Assembly (NCBI GenBank): GCA_025450075.1
Contig: JANWIC010000009.1
Span: 38,368 to 102,367, forward strand
DNA length: 64,000 bases
Source: Patescibacteria group bacterium
GTDB taxonomy: Bacteria > Patescibacteriota > Dojkabacteria > JAKAPS01
Direction of reading: 5' to 3'
The notes under the pieces are model-generated. The model was not told where the DNA came from, did not search any database, and saw only the letters and a program-made list of their open reading frames with translations. Of the stretch, positions 29,822-39,798 are shown piece by piece; the first letter of the stretch is position 1, and every line of letters starts with the position of its first letter. The position numbers and the translations under genes are program-made.

Positions 29822-30757
29822 ATGGGGGAATTATTGAAAAACATCATTATTGAAACCCGCCCTCGTCAGTGGGTTAAAAATCTTACGATTTACGTCTTCT
29901 TGGTGTTCAGTCCGGATAGAGAACTTGTTTTATTACACCAATTCCTTATTGTTTCCTATTCTTTCATTGCTTTTACATTGTTGACATCAGGTGTATATAT
30001 CATCAATGATTTAATTGATATTGAATCTGATAGAAAAAATCCTGAGAAGAAAAATCGGCCAATAGCATCGGGAAAAATTTCCAAAAACCTCGGAATTATA
30101 CTTGCCATTATTTTTTTGCTTTTAAGTTTTATTCTCTCATGGATTATCGGTGAATACCTATTCATAATGTGTCTTTTCTACTTTATTCTCATGATATTAT
30201 ACTCTTTATGGCTGAAGAGATTGGTCATTATTGATGCATTAGTGATTGCGGGAGGATTTGTTGTTCGAGTTCTTGCAGGAGCTTTTATAATTAATGTTCC
30301 GAATCTTTACTCTTGGCTTATTATTGTGACCATATCAATAGCGCTTTTATTAGGATTTGGAAAAAGAAGATCAGAATTGACATTATTAGGATCAGACTCT
30401 AAATATCAGAGAAGTGTTTTAGAAGCATATCCAGTTGATCTGCTTAACTCATTAATATCTGCACTAGTATCATGTACTTTTCTTTCATATATTCTATTTA
30501 CTTTTCAGACTGATCTTACAGGCAATTTTGGTTTAAGCGGTTTTATTAAACTTCCTTCTCCTCTTTATCGAACCAGTCATTTATTAAAATTAACTATACC
30601 AATTGTATTTTATGGTATAGCGCGATATTTATATATTATATATACTAAGAAGGATGGATCAACACCTGAAACTGTATTGTTTAAAGATAAGCCCTTGCTC
30701 TTCACCATTATATTATGGATCTTATCTACGGTAGTATTATTGTATGCATTTAAATAG
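29822..30757 (+). CDS. UbiA-family polyprenyl-phosphate phosphoribosyltransferase (Rv3806c-like)
   Basis: RPRQWVKN, YIINDLIDIESDR...KKNRPIASG, GKRRSE. Confidence 0.85.
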   Translation: MGELLKNIIIETRPRQWVKNLTIYVFLVFSPDRELVLLHQFLIVSYSFIAFTLLTSGVYIINDLIDIESDRKNPEKKNRPIASGKISKNLGIILAIIFLLLSFILSWIIGEYLFIMCLFYFILMILYSLWLKRLVIIDALVIAGGFVVRVLAGAFIINVPNLYSWLIIVTISIALLLGFGKRRSELTLLGSDSKYQRSVLEAYPVDLLNSLISALVSCTFLSYILFTFQTDLTGNFGLSGFIKLPSPLYRTSHLLKLTIPIVFYGIARYLYIIYTKKDGSTPETVLFKDKPLLFTIILWILSTVVLLYAFK

Positions 30758-31967
30758 TAAAAATATTTTATTGGTTGGGATAATTCTCACTTTCCTTGCA
30801 ATAGTAGGAGGAAACGTATATGCGCAATCCATTTCATTAACCTCCCGATCTGATTGGAAAGCTGATGATAGTCTAATAAACAATATTCCATCATATACAC
30901 AGGTAAAAACCATTGAAATTGAAGATATCACATCAAAAGATCCTACTTTAGCAACATCTACAAATGCTTATGTTCGCGGGTTATATTATTATCTAGGTGC
31001 AGAATATGGTTTAGATCTTCCTTTTACCTATCTAGTTGGTTGGGATGGAAATATTTATGAAGGAGCAAAAAGCGGTATTGGTGCAACGGTTCAAAAGACT
31101 GCAGATGGATCAGTCATCATTGGGTATCTTGATAATGGAGATGGTATAACTTCAAATGCAACAACTTCTTTTTCATATCTTCTTGCAAAACTTGCAAAAC
31201 AAACAGGAGTCGGTCTTGATAATATTTCATCTGCCTCGTATATTTTTGACAATGGGGGTTTTATCCTCTCTGATACAAATCCTTCATGGGATGATCAAGT
31301 ATCAACTTTAAAAACCGCATTAAAAGGGCAAGTGCCAGATAAGACAGGAAGTGTCAATGATGTAGTTGGAATAAAGAGTGTTGGGGTAGAACCATCAAAG
31401 GATGGAAATCTGAATGTAACAATTAAAGCTATCAATAAAGGTGATGCAACTATATATGGAAGGATTTATGCCGGTACTGATAAAGCATCTGGTATATCTA
31501 TTCCGAATATATGGATAAGTAATCTGAGGTCGAATGCTGCTACCGTGAGTAATATACAAAATGGTGATACTTTTAGTGTTACCTTTGAGATTCTTGGAAA
31601 AGCAGCTAAAGGCCAATATTCACTTGATCTATATACCGATACCAGTAAAATTTCCGGAGGAACATTTGTTGTAACGTATGCGGATGCAAATTCATTTGCA
31701 GCAATTACAACTCCAATTGTTACACCAACTCCATCAGTAACAAATACACCTACTACAACTGGATTACAGGTTACGATTTCCAATACAGGGCTTGGATATT
31801 TAAATGTCCATGATTCACCATCAATTAGTGCTAAAATTATTGCTAAAGTAAATACTGGCGCAACATTTTCTGTTCAGAATACAGCAACAAATACCTCGGG
31901 GAAATGGTATCAAATATTATACGATGGAACAAATTCAGGTTGGATAAGTGCACAATATACTCATTAA
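30744..31967 (+). CDS. Exported degenerate amidase_2/PGRP-like protein with C-terminal SH3b domain
   Basis: Signal/TM, SRSDWKAD, YLVGWDGNIYEG; C-terminal GYLNVHDSPS...WYQI...GWIS. Confidence 0.7.
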   Translation: MHLNSKNILLVGIILTFLAIVGGNVYAQSISLTSRSDWKADDSLINNIPSYTQVKTIEIEDITSKDPTLATSTNAYVRGLYYYLGAEYGLDLPFTYLVGWDGNIYEGAKSGIGATVQKTADGSVIIGYLDNGDGITSNATTSFSYLLAKLAKQTGVGLDNISSASYIFDNGGFILSDTNPSWDDQVSTLKTALKGQVPDKTGSVNDVVGIKSVGVEPSKDGNLNVTIKAINKGDATIYGRIYAGTDKASGISIPNIWISNLRSNAATVSNIQNGDTFSVTFEILGKAAKGQYSLDLYTDTSKISGGTFVVTYADANSFAAITTPIVTPTPSVTNTPTTTGLQVTISNTGLGYLNVHDSPSISAKIIAKVNTGATFSVQNTATNTSGKWYQILYDGTNSGWISAQYTH

Positions 31968-32320
31968 CTTCTACCTCTATACTGACCTATACTTAGAATA
32001 TCCTTTGGTACTTTAAAGAAAATACCACTTAATGCTAGGAATATGATGTAAAGGATGAAAAGGATGATACATGCCATAATAAAGTGATAGACCTGTGTTA
32101 GATGAAAAAAATCAAATATTTTTCCTCCTAAAAAGAAGAATACGAGAAGAAAAACAATTGGAATGACGATGCTAAGGCATGTTCCTAAAGACTTGTTCTT
32201 GGAAGTGTTTAAAGTATTCAAATTTGGAACCATTGCATCATATGCTGTTTGTTGTTGAGGCGATGAGCTCATCTGTTCTTGAGGAATTTGATTTTGTTGT
32301 TGTGCTAAATTTGGTTCCAT
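31964..32320 (-). CDS. Small 2-TM protein with Gln-rich N-terminus
   Basis: QQQNQIPQEQ then two TMs; overlaps the end of the Clp gene. Confidence 0.6.
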   Translation of the reverse strand: MEPNLAQQQNQIPQEQMSSSPQQQTAYDAMVPNLNTLNTSKNKSLGTCLSIVIPIVFLLVFFFLGGKIFDFFHLTQVYHFIMACIILFILYIIFLALSGIFFKVPKDILSIGQYRGRS

Positions 32321-34374
32321 GTGAGTGTTTCTCCTTGTTTAATTTGTCCTGAAATAATTTTTTCAACAATAGGGTCTTCAATCTTTTCTTCTACAAGTCG
32401 TTTTAGAGGCCTTGCACCATAGGTATCTGATATTCCTTGTTTGGCAATTTGTTCAATAACGGAATCGGTTACCTCAAGAGTAATATGCTTTTCTTGCAGA
32501 CGTGTTTGTAAATCTTTTATGAATAATTGTACAATTGATTTTCCAACTTCTGTCGTAAGCGGTTTAAAATGAATAATCTGATCGATTCTATTCAAAAATT
32601 CAGGTCTAAAGAACTGATGAAGATTATCTTCATCTTTTAAGTTTGAAGTCATAATAATTATGGTATTTTTGAAATCAACTGTTTTTCCTTGTCCGTCAGT
32701 TAATCTTCCATCATCTAGTACTTGCAAAAAGATATCAAATACTTTCGGATTTGCTTTCTCAACTTCATCAAGAAGGATTAAGGAATATGGTTTTTTCAAT
32801 ACTTTATTCGTAAGCTGACCTCCTTCTTCATATCCTACATAACCAGGAGGAGCACCGATAAGTCTGTCAACTGTATGACTGTCTGTATATTCAGACATAT
32901 CAATACGGATCATTGCATTTTCGTCTTTATATATAACTTTTGCAAGAGCCTTTGCAAGTTGTGTTTTACCCGTTCCGGAAGGACCAATAAAAAGGAAGGA
33001 TCCGATAGGACGTTTTGGGTCTTTCAATCCAGCTCTCGCTCTTTTTATCGTTCTTGCAACACCTTCAACAGCCTCATCCTGGCCAATAACCGTTTCTTTC
33101 AAATATGATTCAAGATTCTGCAGGTCAGTTGCTTCTGCATCTGTAATATCTGTCACAGGTATACCGGTTTTTTGTGCAAGAATTTTTTTAATATCATTTA
33201 AAGTAACTTCTGTTGCATTATCAATACGAGCTTGAGATATCGCTTCATCGATTAATGAAATTGCATTTTCTGGAAGAAAAGTATCATGGACATATCTTCT
33301 GGCAAGCTCAATAACTTGTTTCGTTACTTCAGATGAGATAGGAAGGGTTGATGTCCCTCCGTATTTTGAATCCAGTATCAATTGTGCTGTTTGGATATCA
33401 GGTTCATCCATGTAGATGACTTCTGTTTTTGTTGCAAGAATTGGATAAGCCTTTAAAAAATTTTGATACTGAGTATATCCTAATGGAATAACACCATATG
33501 TAGGTGAAGCTGAAAGTATTTCAAATATTTGTGAAATAGGGGACCATTGTTTGGTATTCTCATTTGTGGATACATCTACATTATTAATATATACTACCCT
33601 TTTTGCATTGTTATTTGAAGATAATTGATCTTTACCTAAAGCAGTAAATATCTTTGCAATATTTGTTGCATTTGCTTTAGTAATATCAAGGTTAAATACT
33701 TTTGAATCATAAAAAATATTATTCTTGTCTAATGCTTTCTTTGCTAAAAGAAAACGAGTAGTTTTCTTTCCGATTCCTTCATTTCCTACAAGGAGAATAT
33801 CTTTTTTAACATCTTTATAAAAGACGCGAATAAGTTGGTCAATATATGTTGGACGGTCAACATATGCTCCTAATGTTTTCTCATCAAGTAAAGTAACATC
33901 CTCTAAAATACTTACGGTTTCCTGGTCTTGAATCTGCTGCATGTCAATTCCTTGAACGATATTTACAACTTTCAACAAACTTTCATATGATATTCGTGCC
34001 AGCTTATTCTTGCTGAGCGACATAAGAAATGCAGTTGGAGAAATCGTTTGCTCATGAAGAATATATGATTCAGACAGACTAGCTATGAGAGAACGACGTA
34101 CATCAGTACTTGTAGGGATAATATCAGGTGGTTTAGTCCATTTCTCTTTATTCTTTAATGTTTCTTCAATTTCTTTCATGAAAGGCTCAAGTTGCCCATT
34201 GCTGACAAAAATATTTTGGATTTGAGGATCATATGCAATTAATGCCCATAACATATGTTCTACACCGATCTCTTTATGCTTATCCTTAAAAGCTCTAGCT
34301 GATGCACCAATAAGAACATAAATAAGTTGATCCGAAAGAAATTGTGTTAAGTCAATTGTCCTATTCTTATCCAT
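32305..34374 (-). CDS. ClpA/B-like AAA+ ATPase with degenerate NBD1
   Basis: Clp-N (VEHMLWAL); NBD2 GPSGTGKT, RIDMSEY, GAPPGYVGY, LLDEVEKA, GARPL. Confidence 0.88.
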   Translation of the reverse strand: MDKNRTIDLTQFLSDQLIYVLIGASARAFKDKHKEIGVEHMLWALIAYDPQIQNIFVSNGQLEPFMKEIEETLKNKEKWTKPPDIIPTSTDVRRSLIASLSESYILHEQTISPTAFLMSLSKNKLARISYESLLKVVNIVQGIDMQQIQDQETVSILEDVTLLDEKTLGAYVDRPTYIDQLIRVFYKDVKKDILLVGNEGIGKKTTRFLLAKKALDKNNIFYDSKVFNLDITKANATNIAKIFTALGKDQLSSNNNAKRVVYINNVDVSTNENTKQWSPISQIFEILSASPTYGVIPLGYTQYQNFLKAYPILATKTEVIYMDEPDIQTAQLILDSKYGGTSTLPISSEVTKQVIELARRYVHDTFLPENAISLIDEAISQARIDNATEVTLNDIKKILAQKTGIPVTDITDAEATDLQNLESYLKETVIGQDEAVEGVARTIKRARAGLKDPKRPIGSFLFIGPSGTGKTQLAKALAKVIYKDENAMIRIDMSEYTDSHTVDRLIGAPPGYVGYEEGGQLTNKVLKKPYSLILLDEVEKANPKVFDIFLQVLDDGRLTDGQGKTVDFKNTIIIMTSNLKDEDNLHQFFRPEFLNRIDQIIHFKPLTTEVGKSIVQLFIKDLQTRLQEKHITLEVTDSVIEQIAKQGISDTYGARPLKRLVEEKIEDPIVEKIISGQIKQGETLTWNQI

Positions 34375-34645
34375 GGGTGTTGAAAATGATAAGGTAGGAT
34401 ATAACTAGTGAGAGGATGAATAAAGCTGTCATACCTGCTAGAACTATATTTCGTAACCGAAGTAACTGATCTCTTTTTTTTGCTTCAATTATAAATGGAT
34501 AATCAAATGTAAATGTTACTTCATTATTTGCAAGAGTTGCAATATATCCGAAATTATTACATGATTCGCATCCTTCACCGTTGCATACTGGGCAGGAAGT
34601 TATGTTTGGTTTTCCGTAGATTCCAAAAAGATTTGTTAAGTCCAT
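34367..34645 (-). CDS. Small Zn-finger protein with C-terminal TM
   Basis: CPVCNGEGCESC (DnaJ-like CxxCxGxG) plus C-terminal hydrophobic helix; overlaps the Clp start. Confidence 0.65.
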   Translation of the reverse strand: MDLTNLFGIYGKPNITSCPVCNGEGCESCNNFGYIATLANNEVTFTFDYPFIIEAKKRDQLLRLRNIVLAGMTALFILSLVISYLIIFNTHG

Positions 34646-34752
34646 AGAACGGATATTACATGCAACATTATATGTTTTTTGCTAGATAAAAAGCAATGAA
34701 AGCAAAATTGTTTCAAATTTAACGAAAACTCATAAATATGTAAGAAAAAGTA

Positions 34753-34781
34753 TTGACAAACTCATTATTATTATTTACTCT
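34753..34781 (+). promoter_or_regulatory. Sigma70 promoter for the small basic protein
   Basis: TTGACA-17 bp-TACTCT. Confidence 0.6.
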
Positions 34782-34837
34782 AGTGATAATATATTATGGT
34801 ACCACGGCCTCAAAGCCCCAGGGAGGTGAAGTTTAAA

Positions 34838-34936
34838 ATGGCAACTGCAAAAAGAAAAACTGCTAAGAAAACAGTAAAGAAAGCTGCAAAAAAAACAGCT
34901 CGAAAAACAACAAAGAAAGCAGCAAAAAAGAGATAA
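34838..34936 (+). CDS. 32-aa Lys/Ala-rich histone-H1-like peptide
   Basis: MATAKRKTAKKTVKKAAKKTARKTTKKAAKKR; SD GGAGGTGA at 34822-34829; promoter upstream and terminator downstream. Confidence 0.8.
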   Translation: MATAKRKTAKKTVKKAAKKTARKTTKKAAKKR

Positions 34937-34954
34937 TCTTTTTTGATTCACTCG

Positions 34955-34996
34955 AATGATCCTATATGTACTCTACGTATAGGATCATTTTCTTTT
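34955..34996 (+). terminator. Intrinsic terminator
   Basis: Stem AATGATCCTATATGTA / TACGTATAGGATCATT followed by TTCTTTT. Confidence 0.75.
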
Positions 34997-35046
34997 GATT
35001 AACAGATACTATATAATGGAAAAACTCTCCGACATAAAAAAATCTT

Positions 35047-37149
35047 ATGGATAAATTCATTGAAGAGCTGAATAAACAGCAGCAGGAAGCAATAAAGAAA
35101 ATTGACGGGCCAGTTCTTGTTATTGCAGGAGCAGGATCAGGAAAAACAAAAACATTAACGTATCGAATTGCCTATCTTATTCAAGATAAAAAAGTAAGCC
35201 CTCATTCTATTCTTGCAGTAACTTTTACAAATAAAGCTGCAAATGAAATGAAACAAAGGATATATTATCTAATCGGAGAAACAAACATCCCGTTTTTAGG
35301 AACTTTCCATGCAATGTGTGTCAAATTCTTGCGAAGAGATGGAGAGAATATTGGTGTGGGAAAGAACTTCAATATTTATGATACCAATGATTCATTGGAA
35401 GCAATTAAAGACGCAATGAAGATACTGAATATTTCCCCTAGAGAATATAGTCCGAATAAAGTATTGGGATTGATATCTTCTTGCAAAAACGAATTAATGT
35501 CTCCTGTTGAATATGCAAGTTTTGCACGAATGCCAATACAAGAAGTAGCAAGCCAAGTGTATCCTGTCTATCAGAATATTTTAAAAAATGCGAATGCATT
35601 AGACTTTGATGACTTGATAATGAAAACAGTAGAATTGTTTTCATTCAAAGATATTTTAGAGAAATATCAAGAACAATTTAAATATGTTTTGGTTGATGAA
35701 TATCAGGATACAAATCATGCGCAGTATATTCTCATAAAAATGCTTGCTTCTAAATATCGAAATCTTTATTGTGTAGGAGATCCTGATCAAAATATCTATA
35801 CCTTTAGAGGAGCAACAATTGATAATATTTTGAATTTCGAAAATGACTATCCAGAAGCAACTGTTATCATGCTTGAACAAAATTATCGTTCTACGAAAAA
35901 TATCCTAAAGGCAGCTCATCATGTGATATCCAAAAATGTGAAGAGAAAAGAGAAAGAAATGTGGACAGAAAATTTTGAAGGAGACAAAATTAAAAGATAT
36001 ATTGCAAATAGTGAGAAAGATGAAGGATATTTTATCGTACAAAAATTAAAACAAAAAGGCGATTACAAGAATGCAGCTGTACTATACCGTACGAATGCAC
36101 AATCACGTGCAATAGAAGAAGTTTTTCTAGAAGAAAATATTCCATATAGACTGGTAGGAGGTGTACGTTTTTATGATAGAAAAGAAATCAAAGATATTCT
36201 TTCGTATTTAAAAATTTTAAGTAATCCCAAAGATAATATTGCCTTGAAAAGAATTCTTAATGTGCCAGGTAGAAAGATAGGGAAAAAATCAGAAGAAGAT
36301 CTCGAAGATTCCGCTAGAAATGAAAACTTGAGTATATTGGAATATCTCGTAAGTCATCAGGATAAAATTAACCAAAATGTTCGTACATTTGCCTCTTTGA
36401 TGGAATATTTCCTATCATTAATTGAAAGGAATGAAATAAATCTCTCTCGTTTTATCGATATCATTATTCAAAAAATAAACTATATTCCGTATTTAGAAGA
36501 GGAGGGAGAAGCAGGTGAGGTTCGTATTGAAAACATTAAAGAATTAAATACTGTAGCATCAAGATATGACAATGCAGAATTAAAATTAGGATTAAGAGAT
36601 TTTCTAGAAGATGTATCATTGGTTGAGAAAGAAACCGGAGCAGAAGATGAGTCAGAAAACCAGGTAACTTTAATGAGTGTTCATAGTGCAAAAGGACTTG
36701 AATTTGATACAGTGTTCATTGTCGGGATGGAAGAAGGGTTATTTCCGCATAGTAACTCAATGTTTAGTCCAGATGATATTGAAGAAGAGCGACGACTTGC
36801 GTATGTAGGAATGACACGTGCAAAGCGAGAACTTTACATCCTGAATGCTGAAAGAAGAACCATCTATGGGTCATCTCAATCAAATCCTGTATCACGATTT
36901 GTTCGTGATATCCCTGACTATTTACTCACATTTGAAGATAAGTTTTCAGGATATGGAGGATCATCATATAGTTACGATTTACCAGCCTCTAATCCTTTTA
37001 AAAAAGGAGATTATGTAATGCATCCAATGTTTCAAAAAGGCGTAGTCCTAGTCTCTGAAGCTGATAGTGTTACGATTAGCTTTGAAGGTTATGGGATTAA
37101 AAAGCTTCTCATCTCGTTTGCAAAAGGATTAAAAAAGATTGATTATTAG
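35047..37149 (+). CDS. pcrA: ATP-dependent DNA helicase PcrA/UvrD
   Basis: AGAGSGKT, VDEYQDTN, VGDPDQ, QNYRS, HSAKGLEF, EERRLAYVGMTRA. Confidence 0.96.
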   Translation: MDKFIEELNKQQQEAIKKIDGPVLVIAGAGSGKTKTLTYRIAYLIQDKKVSPHSILAVTFTNKAANEMKQRIYYLIGETNIPFLGTFHAMCVKFLRRDGENIGVGKNFNIYDTNDSLEAIKDAMKILNISPREYSPNKVLGLISSCKNELMSPVEYASFARMPIQEVASQVYPVYQNILKNANALDFDDLIMKTVELFSFKDILEKYQEQFKYVLVDEYQDTNHAQYILIKMLASKYRNLYCVGDPDQNIYTFRGATIDNILNFENDYPEATVIMLEQNYRSTKNILKAAHHVISKNVKRKEKEMWTENFEGDKIKRYIANSEKDEGYFIVQKLKQKGDYKNAAVLYRTNAQSRAIEEVFLEENIPYRLVGGVRFYDRKEIKDILSYLKILSNPKDNIALKRILNVPGRKIGKKSEEDLEDSARNENLSILEYLVSHQDKINQNVRTFASLMEYFLSLIERNEINLSRFIDIIIQKINYIPYLEEEGEAGEVRIENIKELNTVASRYDNAELKLGLRDFLEDVSLVEKETGAEDESENQVTLMSVHSAKGLEFDTVFIVGMEEGLFPHSNSMFSPDDIEEERRLAYVGMTRAKRELYILNAERRTIYGSSQSNPVSRFVRDIPDYLLTFEDKFSGYGGSSYSYDLPASNPFKKGDYVMHPMFQKGVVLVSEADSVTISFEGYGIKKLLISFAKGLKKIDY

Positions 37150-37175
37150 ACTAAAATATCGTATATTCCTATGAT

Positions 37176-37249
37176 CGGGATGTAGCTCAGTTGGCTAGAG
37201 CGCGTCGTTCGGGACGACGAGGCCGCAGGTTCAAGTCCTGTCATTCCGA
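37176..37249 (+). tRNA. tRNA-Pro (anticodon CGG), CCA not encoded
   Basis: CGGGATG acceptor stem, TAGCTCAGTTGG D arm, anticodon arm CGTCG-TTCGGGA-CGACG, GGTTCAAGTCC T arm. Confidence 0.95.
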
Positions 37250-37301
37250 TTCTCTTTTTTATCTTTCAAGAGAGTTATAGAAGGAATTACACTATATTAG
37301 A

Positions 37302-37787
37302 TTAATAGTTGTCTTTATTTATCTCATCAAGCTTCAACTCAATTCTTTTTAATTCTTCTAAAATTACTTTGTTTTCGGATTCAATTTTAAATTCTTCTTT
37401 CTCTAATATTTTATCTCGTGTGGTAATATCTTGTTCTAATTGATTTTCTTCTTGTTTAATATCTGATTGGACTTCTTCTTCAGTAAAAAACGATGCAATG
37501 ATAGCAGTAATTACACTAAATATTCCTAAACCAATAATCATGAGTAATATGTTTAATACTTTCCCGAGTGGAGATTGAGGTACAATTGTACCTATACCAA
37601 TTGTTGATATCCCTACCGCTGCCCACCAGAGACCATCGCCAAATGATTGTATTTTGCTTCCTGGGTAACCTTGCTCGAAATATACAATAAGTATTGAAGA
37701 TATAATGACAACTATAACTATTATTCCCATTCCAATAGCTACTGCTTTTAATGAGGTTTTTTTTGGTGTTGGAGGACTTACTCTCAT
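37302..37787 (-). CDS. 2-TM potassium-channel-family protein with variant filter
   Basis: FGDGLWWAAVGISTIGIGTIVPQSPLGK pore region; C-terminal coiled coil. Confidence 0.8.
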   Translation of the reverse strand: MRVSPPTPKKTSLKAVAIGMGIIVIVVIISSILIVYFEQGYPGSKIQSFGDGLWWAAVGISTIGIGTIVPQSPLGKVLNILLMIIGLGIFSVITAIIASFFTEEEVQSDIKQEENQLEQDITTRDKILEKEEFKIESENKVILEELKRIELKLDEINKDNY

Positions 37788-37855
37788 ATATTCACTTTAA
37801 AATTGTTAACTTATTATAATTAATCCGTGATTAAGTATATTTTGACAAAAAATAA

Positions 37856-38488
37856 TTAGATAAGTTTATGTAAATGCCTTTGTAACTCTGCTACAACTAC
37901 TTCAGGTTCGGCAACATCTTCCATTACAATCACTTTTTCTTGGAGAGGTTCATAAATACGAATTGTTCCACTTCTGAATATTTTCTCCATAATACTCTTC
38001 GTCAAAGTAATAGAATCGATTTTATGAAATTCAATATTTTCTTCAGTCCTTGAGAGGAATCCTTTAACATGTTTTATTGTGCCATTTTTAATTTCATACG
38101 TTTCGCTTTGCCAATCTTTTTTAATCCAAAATCCAGTTATTACTTGGAAGATAATTAAGAATAGAATACCCCCAAATATAATGAAAAATGGCATGCCTAG
38201 CTTTAATGTTATGAAAAGCCACCCAATATCTATCACTGATATAGCAATTTCAGTAAAAATAATCTTTATGATTAATAACCCCGGATCGAGTTTGATAACA
38301 AATGAGTAATCATCCGGTAATGGAGTGTCTTGCAAGGGTTCATCTCCAGGATTTGCAGCTAAAGGGACATCGTCGGATGTGTTAGCATCAAGAGAAAAAT
38401 CCTTTTCATAATTAGGATTTTCCGTTCCGCAATTTGAACAAAAATGTTCATCTGGAAAGATTGCTGATTTACAATTGTCACATATCAT
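37856..38488 (-). CDS. Zinc-ribbon plus bacterial PH-domain membrane protein
   Basis: CDNC...FCSNCG, two TMs, KGFLSRTEENIEFHKIDSITL...IFRSGTI. Confidence 0.75.
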   Translation of the reverse strand: MICDNCKSAIFPDEHFCSNCGTENPNYEKDFSLDANTSDDVPLAANPGDEPLQDTPLPDDYSFVIKLDPGLLIIKIIFTEIAISVIDIGWLFITLKLGMPFFIIFGGILFLIIFQVITGFWIKKDWQSETYEIKNGTIKHVKGFLSRTEENIEFHKIDSITLTKSIMEKIFRSGTIRIYEPLQEKVIVMEDVAEPEVVVAELQRHLHKLI

Positions 38489-38609
38489 AGAGTATTTTTC
38501 AATTGAATATATTATACATAAATTACTTCTGCTTGCAAGATGTTTTTGGGGGAATGATATTAAATTAGAGGAAGTTGTAACATCAACTCCTATCCATCCA
38601 AATCTTCTT

Positions 38610-39683
38610 TCATTCTAATTTTGAGGTGGGTGGGGTAGAAATTATCAATCCACCATCTGTTGAAGAAATAGGAGTTATTCTATCCCCTTTTGGATCTATA
38701 TGCTTTCGTATTTGATATGCGGTACCAGTTGCGGTTCTTACAATTCTTTCGATACTTGCAAATCTATATTGCTTTCGAAAATTATTTATATCCCAATTTA
38801 AATGATGTCTATTATTAATTTCAACAATTCTTTGATCAATATATTTTGTACTGACAGAAGCCAGTCCTATATCATTGAGGTAACAAAAAGAATACAATAA
38901 AATATGCGCTAATTCTTCACGATTATATCCAACTGCCTGCAAATCATCTATTAATTCTACGAATTCAATAAATCTTTCTTTTGCATCTCCGAAATCATAT
39001 ACTAAAGTATTATCAACTCTTTTCAATGAAAAAATATATTCTGTAAGGTCTTGAGGCGTATATGCTGTTATGAGATGATTAGATATATTTAATCGCCACA
39101 AAGGAAAATCATTATATCTGTATGCAATAGATTCAGTAATAGCTAAAAAATTTGGAGATTCTTCTAATATACCTAATACAGCTGCGTATTGATCAACTTC
39201 TTGATGGGTTTTTTCATGAAGATATCTCATTGGGACACCACCAATTTTACCATATGTTAACATATATATTAAAACACGCCTCGCTTCATCTTCATATAAT
39301 TCACTTAGTGGTAATCCTATTCCGAAGTTTCTAGAATAAATTCCACCAACTATCCTTTCTTCTAATTTTCCTTTAAATTCTTCGTTTTTTGTATAAAGTT
39401 TTGATCTGGGATCAAAGATAGCATTAAGTTCTTCGGGAGAAAGTTGTTCTCCTAATATCCCATTTGTCCAAATATCATCAAATATTACTCTAGATACTCT
39501 AGTCCTTTTATCGCCTTGTAAGTTATGAATTGCATCAGAAGCATGATGCATCAAATGAAGATAGTTTGCAGCATAATCTCGTTGAGTAGTTATCGTATTC
39601 TGTGAAAAATCAGAATGTATATCAGGAAATGATGGAAGCATCTCTTCTGCACCTATACCATATATTGATGGTGAATCGCTCAT
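38610..39683 (-). CDS. Hypothetical protein
   Basis: 357-aa ORF; no recognised motif. Confidence 0.65.
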   Translation of the reverse strand: MSDSPSIYGIGAEEMLPSFPDIHSDFSQNTITTQRDYAANYLHLMHHASDAIHNLQGDKRTRVSRVIFDDIWTNGILGEQLSPEELNAIFDPRSKLYTKNEEFKGKLEERIVGGIYSRNFGIGLPLSELYEDEARRVLIYMLTYGKIGGVPMRYLHEKTHQEVDQYAAVLGILEESPNFLAITESIAYRYNDFPLWRLNISNHLITAYTPQDLTEYIFSLKRVDNTLVYDFGDAKERFIEFVELIDDLQAVGYNREELAHILLYSFCYLNDIGLASVSTKYIDQRIVEINNRHHLNWDINNFRKQYRFASIERIVRTATGTAYQIRKHIDPKGDRITPISSTDGGLIISTPPTSKLE

Positions 39684-39798
39684 ATGAGGCTAGTCTGAAA
39701 TATATTTGAAAGATCCAAATTCATGAAGCGTATTTTTATATGCAGTAGAACTGAATCTATTTATAAATGATTTTTTTTCAATTTGCATTGTTTCCATA

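Noticed and set aside
34838-34936. Basic peptide as a RiPP precursor for the RimK/ATP-grasp operon
   Set aside because: It is 14 kb away, independently transcribed, and lacks the acidic residues graspetide cross-links need.
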